64,000 nt of DNA, taken from positions 38,083-102,082 of the forward strand of contig JAVEXM010000002.1 in NCBI GenBank assembly GCA_034004025.1, in the 5' to 3' direction. Position 1 is the stretch's first letter. Each line of letters opens with the position of its first letter. Position numbers and translations under genes: made by a program. Below the pieces are notes generated by a model. It was not told the DNA's origin, did no database searches, and saw nothing but the letters and a program-made list of their open reading frames with translations. Below are positions 57,427 through 64,000 of the stretch, in pieces. This DNA comes from Bacteroidales bacterium. Lineage in GTDB: Bacteria > Bacteroidota > Bacteroidia > Bacteroidales > VadinHA17.

Positions 57427-58407
57427 ATGGGGAAAATTAAGAAGATAGGCGTTCTCACATCAGGTGGTGACGCTCCGGGCATGAATGCAGCCATACGGGC
57501 TGTCACCCGCACTGCCATCTACAACGACATTGAGGTGATAGGCATAAGGCACGGTTATATGGGTATGGTCAACGCCAATTTCAAGCAGCTATATGCACAT
57601 ACTGTTTCGGACACCATACAACGGGGTGGCACCATACTCAAGACTGCACGCTGTGAGGCGTTCAGGACGCCGGAGGGAAGGCAGAAGGCCTATGAGAACC
57701 TCAGGGCAGCAGAGATAGACGGAGTGGTGGTTATTGGCGGTGACGGCTCATTCAAGGGAGCAAGCCTCTTCAATGAAGAGCACAACATACCTTTTGTAGG
57801 TGTCCCGGGAACAATTGACAATGACATCTTCGGTACAGATTATACCATTGGCTATGATACGGCGCTCAACACCGTTGTTGAGGCTGTTGACAAGATCCGT
57901 GATACTGCCAGCTCCATGAGCCGCATGTTCTTTGTGGAGGTTATGGGAGCCGAGGCCGGCCATATTGCTCTGTACAGCGGCATTGCCAGCGGGGCCGAGG
58001 CCATCATCATGCCTGAGATAAAGGGCGAAGCACGTAACATTGCCAGGATGATCGAGACAGGCAACAAGAGAAAGAAATCAAGCAACATCATCATCGTTGC
58101 CGAGGGAGATGAAGAGGGAGGCGCCCTGGCTATCGCCGAGAGACTCAAACCTGAACTCGAAGGTTATGAGGTGAGGGTTGTCATCCTGGGACACCTTCAG
58201 AGGGGAGGATCTCCCTCAGCCCTTGACCGTGTCAATGCCAGCAGGCTGGGCAATGCTGCCGTGGAGGCGCTGCTCGACGGACAGCAGAGCGTGATGGTCG
58301 GGCTGCAGAGCGATGAGATAGTGCTCATTCCGTTCAGGAAAGCGGTGAAACAGCACAAGGGACTCAAACAGCATCTCGTTGACATAATCGACATACTTAA
58401 CGTCTGA
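57427..58407 (+). CDS. pfkA: ATP-dependent 6-phosphofructokinase
   Basis: GVLTSGGDAPGMNAAIR, GGDGS, PGTIDND, MGR-like region. Confidence 0.95.
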   Translation: MGKIKKIGVLTSGGDAPGMNAAIRAVTRTAIYNDIEVIGIRHGYMGMVNANFKQLYAHTVSDTIQRGGTILKTARCEAFRTPEGRQKAYENLRAAEIDGVVVIGGDGSFKGASLFNEEHNIPFVGVPGTIDNDIFGTDYTIGYDTALNTVVEAVDKIRDTASSMSRMFFVEVMGAEAGHIALYSGIASGAEAIIMPEIKGEARNIARMIETGNKRKKSSNIIIVAEGDEEGGALAIAERLKPELEGYEVRVVILGHLQRGGSPSALDRVNASRLGNAAVEALLDGQQSVMVGLQSDEIVLIPFRKAVKQHKGLKQHLVDIIDILNV

Positions 58408-58428
58408 CCAGTGACCGGCAGCAGAGAG

Positions 58429-59541
58429 ATGCAACCATCACGGGTATACTTTACCGATATGCGAAGTACGCCTTCGCTCAACCTTCTGAAAAAGCTTGAG
58501 AAGCTGGTGAAGGCGGCAGGGATCGATGAGATCGATTTCAACCGCAAGATGACCGCCATCAAGATCCATTTCGGCGAGCCGGGCAACCTGGCATACCTCA
58601 GGCCCAACTTCGCTGCCGTCATAGTTAAGATGGTAAAGGCCAGGGGAGGCAAGCCCTTCCTGACCGACTGCAACACACTGTACCACGGTGAGCGTGCCAA
58701 CGCACCCGACCATATCGAGGCGGCATATGTCAACGGTTATAACCCTCTCTCTACAGGGTGTCACGTGATTATCGGCGACGGCATCAAGGGCACTGACCAC
58801 CGGGAGATAGAGGTGAACCTCGATTATACCCGCAGGGCAATGATAGGCACAGCCATAGCTGATGCTGACATTATCATCTCCATGAATCACTTCAAGGGGC
58901 ATGAGCAGACAGGCTTTGGCGGTGCGCTGAAGAACCTGGGTATGGGCTGTGCCTCCGTGGGCGGAAAGCTCTTCCTCCACTCCGGCAATCCCCCAATCAT
59001 CTATAAAAAGAACTGTACCGGATGCAACATATGCGTCATCAACTGCGCCCATGATGCCGTCCATCTGGGGGCTGACAGGAAGGCTCACATAGACAATGAT
59101 AAGTGCACCGGTTGCGGTCAGTGTGTAGCCGTATGCCAGTATGATGCCGCCAGGGTGGTATGGGGTTCAGAGGGAGACATTCTGAGCAAGAAGATTGCAG
59201 AATATACGCTGGCAGTGATAAAGGACAAGCCGTCGCTGCATATCAGTTTCATCATGGATGTCTCGCCCGACTGCGACTGCTGGGGGCATAATGACAGGCC
59301 GCTGATTGATGACATAGGGATAGCCGCCTCAACAGACCCCGTTGCACTTGACAGGGCATGTGCAGACCTGGTAATGGCTGCACCTGCGGCACGGCATTTG
59401 TGGGACGAGAAAACCGGAGATGACCAGAGCGGCGTCGACAAGTTCCGGATGGCACACGGCAACACCGACTGGAACACTGCTCTCGTTCATGCTGAAAAGA
59501 TAAAAGCCGGCTCTTTATCATATAAACTGATACGGATATGA
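58429..59541 (+). CDS. DUF362 domain protein with 2x[4Fe-4S] ferredoxin insert
   Basis: DUF362-like N-terminus (VYFTDMR...IKIHFGE), with CTGCNICVINC and CTGCGQCVAVC motifs. Confidence 0.75.
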   Translation: MQPSRVYFTDMRSTPSLNLLKKLEKLVKAAGIDEIDFNRKMTAIKIHFGEPGNLAYLRPNFAAVIVKMVKARGGKPFLTDCNTLYHGERANAPDHIEAAYVNGYNPLSTGCHVIIGDGIKGTDHREIEVNLDYTRRAMIGTAIADADIIISMNHFKGHEQTGFGGALKNLGMGCASVGGKLFLHSGNPPIIYKKNCTGCNICVINCAHDAVHLGADRKAHIDNDKCTGCGQCVAVCQYDAARVVWGSEGDILSKKIAEYTLAVIKDKPSLHISFIMDVSPDCDCWGHNDRPLIDDIGIAASTDPVALDRACADLVMAAPAARHLWDEKTGDDQSGVDKFRMAHGNTDWNTALVHAEKIKAGSLSYKLIRI

Positions 59542-59924
59542 AAGAACCATCACCGTCGCAACGAATGTCCATCCTGATCGTGGAAGACGACCCGCACAGT
59601 CAGCTTTACTTCACCAAGCTGCTCTCGGGCATGTATGACACCTATGTGGCAGCCTCGGCCAGGGAGGCCTGGGATCTGCTGCACAGCAAGAGCTTCGGTT
59701 TTGTGCTTATGGATATATCCCTGAAGGGTGATGAGGACGGCCTTTCGCTCACCCGTCGTCTGCGAAATGAGGAGGCTTTTGAGAAGCTGCCGATAGTGGC
59801 GGTCACGGCCTATGCTTTCCCCGATGACAAGCGACGGGCCCTTGAGGCCGGTTGTACCGATTATCTGCCCAAGCCTGTCAGCAGCAACGACCTGCATCGT
59901 AAGATAGCAGAGCTGGCTCTTTAA
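59538..59924 (+). CDS. Stand-alone response regulator receiver protein
   Basis: REC domain (ILIVEDD...LMDISL...PIVAVTA...YLPKP) with no output domain. ATGA overlap with the DUF362 gene. Confidence 0.8.
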   Translation: MKEPSPSQRMSILIVEDDPHSQLYFTKLLSGMYDTYVAASAREAWDLLHSKSFGFVLMDISLKGDEDGLSLTRRLRNEEAFEKLPIVAVTAYAFPDDKRRALEAGCTDYLPKPVSSNDLHRKIAELAL

Positions 59925-59958
59925 CATTAAAAAAGTTACGTCAGGATAAAAAAATTAT

Positions 59959-59966
59959 TAATTTTG
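59959..59966 (+). promoter_or_regulatory. Bacteroidota -7 box TAATTTTG upstream of tRNA-Pro
   Basis: Matches TAnnTTTG. It lies about 86 nt upstream of the mature tRNA 5' end. Confidence 0.45.
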
Positions 59967-60051
59967 CGCACCTGAATTATTTCAGGTAAACCTCCTTCGC
60001 ACCCTGCTTCGCTGAAGCCAGGAAGGTCGAAGAAAGCTACGGAGGTTAAAT

Positions 60052-60124
60052 CGGGGTGTAGCGCAGTTGGTAGCGTACTACGTTCGGGACGTAGGGGCCG
60101 GAAGTTCGAGTCTTCTCACCCCGA
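60052..60124 (+). tRNA. tRNA-Pro (anticodon CGG)
   Basis: Manual cloverleaf: CGGGGTG-TA-GCGC-AGTTGGTA-GCGT-A-CTACG-TTCGGGA-CGTAG-GGGCC-GGAAG-TTCGAGT-CTTCT-CACCCCG-A. CCA is not encoded. Confidence 0.92.
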
Positions 60125-60137
60125 CAAGAGAAAAATG

Positions 60138-60169
60138 ACCATCCCCGGGAAACCGGGGGTGGTTTTTTT
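60138..60169 (+). terminator. Rho-independent terminator after tRNA-Pro
   Basis: ACCATCCCCGG-GAAA-CCGGGGGTGGT followed by a T7 run. Confidence 0.8.
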
Positions 60170-60254
60170 ATTGGCCTGAAGCGTCAACAGCTTGCTGTTG
60201 ATAGCGAAGGGACAATAAAAAAGAAGCTTTGAGTGAAACGAAAAGGTCATTTTT

Positions 60255-60425
60255 CTCTTCCGACCGGCCTTATGGAAGTCCGCGAGCCGCCAACTGGCGG
60301 AGAGCAATCTTCTCACCTCTTTCAGTCACCCCAATGGAAGTCCGCCCTGACCTCGCGAAGGGAGCGTCAGGGCAATCTTCTCACTCCCGGGAAAGCGAGC
60401 ATTCTTCTCACCCTCTTTCCAGTTT
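60255..60425 (+). repeat. Cluster A of degenerate 60-65 nt tandem repeats carrying copies of the tRNA-Pro 3'-end core
   Basis: GCAATCTTCTCAC occurs at 60304 and 60372, and TCTTCTCACCC at 60403. (T/A)ATGGAAGTCCGC occurs at 60271 and 60333. TCTTCTCACC(C) is identical to tRNA-Pro 60111-60121. Confidence 0.8.
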
Positions 60426-60497
60426 TGTGCGGCTTTCCGGTCCCTGAAACTATAACTATCTGATATATAGAGAATAGAGTGATTCTGAGTTGTAAAT

Positions 60498-60653
60498 ATG
60501 GGTGTCTCAGCCTATATTTACTGGTTGTTTGTACGGCAGAAAACCAACAGGAGCGGCAGTGTAAGTGTACAGATCGTTCAAAAGAATACAAGTACCACCC
60601 AATCAATTGGGATTAAAAATCATCATGGTAGGGAAACATCGTCTTTGTATTAA
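60498..60653 (+). pseudogene. N-terminal remnant of an IS1634/IS4-like transposase
   Basis: A 51-codon ORF reads MGVSAYIYWLFVRQKTNRSGSVSVQIVQKNTSTTQSIGIK... The VRQKTNRSGSVSVQIVQK part resembles the conserved N-terminus of IS1634-family transposases (from memory). It is truncated by a stop, with no DDE domain downstream. Confidence 0.45.
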
Positions 60654-60692
60654 AAATAGGGTATTGTATCTCCAGTTAAAGCGAAAAGTGTA

Positions 60693-61481
60693 TTATGTTT
60701 TCTCGATAAGATTTTGTTTGACATAATCATAAGCTTCATAGATCTGAAACTCTTCCTCTGGCCGAAGCAAGAACATAGTATCATTGATGAACTCTTCATC
60801 ATTGATTTTTTCCTCTAAGTTGATCAAGAATTGTTTCATGCTTGGACTTCTTCCCACAACAAATTTCATGTATTCGTGATAGCAGGTTATAATGCCAGAA
60901 TGATCAGGCTTCAATTGTATCATTGCCTTGTGTAAATCAAATAGATCCCTTCCTTTTTTACGTTGATATAATGCTCGGAGTTTGGTTCCAAGAAGTTCTT
61001 CAATAAGATACGTCTGAATAATTGCTGAACCAGAATACCATTTGGAACTGACAGAAAATGGCATTTCCCGGTAACCAAAAACTGAGAAATGCTCCCGACA
61101 ATTAATTTCTACTTTCAATCGAAGTGGAACCGGAGAAATGCCTTCCGAGGTAAATCTGAAAAGGAGTGTGTTGTTATTTGCTTTTTGCTTCACCACCGGC
61201 TTGCTGATGAACGCCAGCTTATTCTGAATTCGGGTTATTATTTCCTTGATTGGCCCGCCTTCTTTTTGTACAAGATCAATATCTTCTGAATATCTGGATT
61301 GAGGCTGAAGAAACAGTTTATGGATGGCAGTACCTCCTCTGAATGCAAGTTGACTGGACAGATAGTCATCACTAAAAATTTCGATCAGGGAACGACATAT
61401 TACCAAATCTTGTTCTATCTGCTCATCATTCACCCAGGGTACAATATTGCTCCAGGCGCGAATATCATTAATCGGGATCAT
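60693..61481 (-). CDS. abiEii: AbiEii/AbiGii family nucleotidyltransferase toxin (type IV TA)
   Basis: FRGGTAIHKLF...RYSEDIDL nucleotidyltransferase motifs and LRALYQRKKGRDLFDL. AT-rich gene. Confidence 0.88.
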   Translation of the reverse strand: MIPINDIRAWSNIVPWVNDEQIEQDLVICRSLIEIFSDDYLSSQLAFRGGTAIHKLFLQPQSRYSEDIDLVQKEGGPIKEIITRIQNKLAFISKPVVKQKANNNTLLFRFTSEGISPVPLRLKVEINCREHFSVFGYREMPFSVSSKWYSGSAIIQTYLIEELLGTKLRALYQRKKGRDLFDLHKAMIQLKPDHSGIITCYHEYMKFVVGRSPSMKQFLINLEEKINDEEFINDTMFLLRPEEEFQIYEAYDYVKQNLIEKT

Positions 61482-62296
61482 TCGTCAATATCTATAGAGG
61501 TGTTAATAATGATCTTCCATTTATCATCGACTTCAAATCCCTTCTTTTCTCCACCTGCTTTAAATGGCTGTAAATAGAATCTCCTTTTTTTACTCTGAGA
61601 CACTTCAAGCAGTTTCTGAGCAAGATCTGGCCGGTTTACATACTTTTCGAAGATAATCCCAAGTCTCTGTATGGTCGCAGTAGAAATACTTTCAACTAAA
61701 TCCTTATTGATTTTCTTCGGACTGATTGATTCAACAAGTTCATTAATTACAGTACATACCCTGTTAAGGCCACCAATGCGGTTGTGATAGGAAACCAAAT
61801 CAGCTGCCGTTAATTCAGCTGAAGATACATTGACATAACCAGACTCCGTTTTTCTTTTTTCCACAAGAATCTCAGGAATAGTCCCCTTGGTAAAATAATT
61901 GATCTTAATCCCCTTTTTTCGTGTTGTTAGTTGTTTGGTGGTGGTAACAACAAAAAACTCCTGGGGTTGTTGGTGAGCTGCTCCATGAACTGCGGCAGCA
62001 CTTAGCAATCCAACATAATACGGTTTGCCAATAAAAGACATTAAATCATCAATGAATGTTATTGGGGGAAGTATTCCTCTGGCAGCATATTCCGGTGGCA
62101 CAATTAAATAGAAACCTTTATAGATAGATACAATGCGATTTTTTCTTGTCAATCGGAAGACTGCAAATGTTATTGCCTCTTCCGACTGACCCGGAAATTC
62201 CTTCTTTACCTGCTCCAGACTGAATACATACTTTCCATGGGATTGTTGTTTCTCAATCCAGCTTAGAAGATAGTTCTTGTTTAACGACTGGTCCAT
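61478..62296 (-). CDS. abiEi: AbiEi family antitoxin/transcriptional regulator (type IV TA)
   Basis: 272 aa, directly upstream of abiEii with a 4-nt overlap. The N-terminal wHTH-like region has the size and architecture of AbiEi. Confidence 0.8.
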   Translation of the reverse strand: MDQSLNKNYLLSWIEKQQSHGKYVFSLEQVKKEFPGQSEEAITFAVFRLTRKNRIVSIYKGFYLIVPPEYAARGILPPITFIDDLMSFIGKPYYVGLLSAAAVHGAAHQQPQEFFVVTTTKQLTTRKKGIKINYFTKGTIPEILVEKRKTESGYVNVSSAELTAADLVSYHNRIGGLNRVCTVINELVESISPKKINKDLVESISTATIQRLGIIFEKYVNRPDLAQKLLEVSQSKKRRFYLQPFKAGGEKKGFEVDDKWKIIINTSIDIDE

Positions 62297-62297
62297 G

Positions 62298-62348
62298 GTA
62301 AATTTTTCATAAAATTAGCACAAAATGATAATAATATGAAAAATTTAC
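62298..62348 (-). promoter_or_regulatory. Perfect 14-bp inverted repeat abutting the abiEi start codon (candidate AbiEi operator)
   Basis: GTAAATTTTTCATA (62298-62311) and TATGAAAAATTTAC (62335-62348) are separated by 23 bp. Confidence 0.6.
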
Positions 62349-62512
62349 TACTCTTTTTTTACACCTAATTGTTTATCAATCAATTTCATAATTTGATTTT
62401 TATGAACAACATTGAATAGTAATTTCTTCAAGCAGGCATGCAAAGAATTGTTACCTATTATTCATTTGAATAGAACCTTATTAAAAATTTGTCTGAATAG
62501 GTAGCATACATT

Positions 62513-62575
62513 GGAGCGTCAGGGCAATCTCCGCCCCCTTTGAGCCGCCCCATGGAACTCCGTGGTGCATCAGGA
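62513..62575 (+). repeat. Cluster B: single copy of the island repeat family
   Basis: GGAGCGTCAGGGCAATCTCCGCCCCCTTTGAGCCGCCCCATGGAACTCCGTGG. The first 18 nt equal GGAGCGTCAGGGCAATCT at 60361-60378. Confidence 0.7.
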
Positions 62576-62576
62576 A

Positions 62577-63215
62577 TCAGATTTCATCACCCGGTTTCAG
62601 ATAAAATCCGATTGCATTAAGAGAATCACTCTTACGGTAATACTCAGGGTCAGTCAGTTCTGTATTTTCCAGACGGCTGACTTTTATCATTACACTGCCA
62701 TCCTTCGGCTTCATAACCTGAACTCCTTTTGTTGCCCTGCTTTCCACCGCATTGATCAGGGAGGTGTTGAACAGAACAACCTTTTTAATGCTGCTCATGG
62801 CGACCAGGTCAATATCTTTTTCAATGAGCTCAATGAAGACCAAGCGTGATTCGCTGTTGAAGACATTTCTGAGTTTTTTCCTTGTGTACTCGGTTTTATA
62901 ACTTTCCATGGAGATTTTTCCGACTTTGCCATTTTCAAATGCCACAATCAGAAAACCTTTGTATCTCTTTTCTCCGGTAAGATAGATTGCTCTTTCCTCT
63001 GGCTCAGTGTCAATCTTTTGCAGCGCCTGGAACTTATCCATAAGTTCCTTCTTCTGAACCTTATAAACATTGCTGAGGGAAGTAAAGACAAGAATCTCAC
63101 TTGAGTTTGAATCATCCCCCACCTTTATTGTTGCTGTTCCGGAAGGAGTCGCTCTTGTCACAGGATTCCTTTCCTCCATCTCTATTTTCCTTCGTAAACT
63201 TTCAGGGCTTCGCAT
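62577..63215 (-). CDS. Orphan GyrA/ParC C-terminal (beta-pinwheel) domain-like protein, possibly a gene remnant
   Basis: Repeated blade-like segments are present (ILVFTSLSNVYKV, FLIVAFENGKVGKISMESY, VVLFNTSLINAVESRATKGVQVMKPKDGSVMIKV). There is no topoisomerase catalytic domain. AT-rich gene. Confidence 0.4.
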   Translation of the reverse strand: MRSPESLRRKIEMEERNPVTRATPSGTATIKVGDDSNSSEILVFTSLSNVYKVQKKELMDKFQALQKIDTEPEERAIYLTGEKRYKGFLIVAFENGKVGKISMESYKTEYTRKKLRNVFNSESRLVFIELIEKDIDLVAMSSIKKVVLFNTSLINAVESRATKGVQVMKPKDGSVMIKVSRLENTELTDPEYYRKSDSLNAIGFYLKPGDEI

Positions 63216-63339
63216 TGTAAAAAAGTTTTAATCAGAACCCAAATGTGGCAATTATTTATTTTCGCACTTCAGATTTTATTGATTTCTTCGAATTTACTGT
63301 TCCTAAAGTCCCGGAAAACTGCAAAACTGATCCTGACTC

Positions 63340-63570
63340 TCTGGCCCATGGCAGTTCATAACCCGGCAACCGGGCAAGAGCAATCTTCGCTCCTCTTTCC
63401 ACCGGGTACATTGAAATCCCCGAGCCCAGGTCAGCCGGGCAGGAGCAATCTCGCTCCTCTTTCCTCAGGGAACATTGAAGTCCGCGAGTCCTGGTCAGCC
63501 GGGGTGGGCAATAGTCTCTCCTCTTCAGGTCACCCCCATATAATTACGCGAGCCCCTGAGACCTGATCGG
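63340..63570 (+). repeat. Cluster C: three tandem copies (about 63-65 nt) of the island repeat family
   Basis: Units start near 63378, 63441 and 63506: (A/G)GAGCAATCT..GCTCCTCTTTCC...ACATTGAA(A/G)TCC(C/G)CGAG..C.GGTCAGCCGGG. Confidence 0.8.
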
Positions 63571-63769
63571 TATACTTCTGAAAACGAATGATCGATGGAT
63601 AATAATGAACTTAAAGAGATACATTTGTTAAACCACTTACTGCCATGGGCAAGATTACGCTGTGAGACCAGCTCTGATGTGCCAGGGATTGCCTTCAGGA
63701 GTGTGACAGGGTTATCCGGCCGGAGCAAAAACAATAATTCATGTACCAAATCAGAATATCACGAGATCA

Positions 63770-64000
63770 ATGAAGATAATCAAGGCTGAAGAGATAAAAC
63801 AGCATTATTCAATGAATCAGGCAATTGATGCCATGGCACAGGCATTCTCATCCTTGTCGTCAGGCGAATGCTTCATCCCAATGCGGGTTGTAACCAGGCT
63901 CCCGTCCAATGATTTACTGATGCTTTTTAAGCCGGCTTTTGTTGAAAAGGATAAACAGGTTACCGTTAAATTCATTACACAGCGCGAGAATAGCTCTATC
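63770..64000 (+). CDS. Ornithine cyclodeaminase/mu-crystallin family protein, 5' part (runs off the right window edge)
   Basis: The ATG at 63770 opens MKIIKAEEIKQHYSMNQAIDAMAQAFSSLSSGECFIPMRVV...KPAF..., open to the window end. It is not in the ORF track because no stop is reached. Confidence 0.7.
   Translation, partial: MKIIKAEEIKQHYSMNQAIDAMAQAFSSLSSGECFIPMRVVTRLPSNDLLMLFKPAFVEKDKQVTVKFITQRENSSI

Noticed and set aside
60255-63570. Possibility that the repeat clusters are CRISPR arrays
   Set aside because: The units are degenerate rather than near-identical. Conserved blocks alternate with short hairpin-prone segments rather than unique 30-40 nt spacers. No cas genes are in the window.
63340-63570. 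Possibility that the three tandem repeats upstream of the 62577-63215 ORF are a type III (ToxI-like) RNA antitoxin
   Set aside because: The repeats have the same plus orientation at every locus, opposite to this minus-strand ORF. They are far more diverged than ToxI-type repeats. The ORF looks like a GyrA/ParC CTD rather than a ToxN/AbiQ-like endoribonuclease.

Overview
About 64 kb of a GC-rich Bacteroidota-type chromosome. Evidence for the phylum: a PorQ-like T9SS gene, a ParA-ParB-DUF5683-lytic transglycosylase block, a fused CcsB-CcsA haem lyase, TAnnTTTG -7 promoter boxes and almost no Shine-Dalgarno sites. I can support roughly 60 protein genes and two tRNAs (His-GUG, Pro-CGG). Most are housekeeping: ridA, grpE-dnaJ, an ABC-2 exporter, a sigma-54 activator, GH2, parAB, pssA, cydAB, psd-cdsA-ftsH-rsfS, birA, pyrE, coaD, lon, rpmE, an acyl-CoA dehydrogenase with etfBA, porQ, and cmk-ispH-pfkA. 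Gene packing is very tight, with many 1-11 nt overlaps and some zero-length spacers. Three parts stand out. (1) 41.0-49.7 kb holds a co-located CcsBA maturase, an FNR-type regulator with two matching FNR-like boxes, and a six-haem collagen-stalked lipoprotein. Next to them is an operon of a one-haem lipoprotein, an outer-membrane-type beta-barrel, a seven-haem anchored cytochrome, a dihaem-type cytochrome b and a monohaem cytochrome c. It has 15 CxxCH motifs and no conventional catalytic subunit. This is my best candidate for an undescribed electron-transfer system. (2) 60.1-63.8 kb is an AT-rich accessory island downstream of tRNA-Pro. It carries an AbiEi/AbiEii toxin-antitoxin pair, an IS remnant and an orphan GyrA/ParC C-terminal-domain-like ORF. 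These are bracketed by a family of degenerate 46-65 nt same-orientation repeats whose core copies the 3' end of tRNA-Pro. Related copies lie downstream of tRNA-His. (3) 8.4-11.6 kb encodes a single 1072-aa SGNH-linker-MBOAT fusion with a 45-bp in-frame tandem repeat, directly downstream of a LysM lytic transglycosylase. All calls come from reading the sequence and ORF translations and from remembered family motifs. No searches were run.
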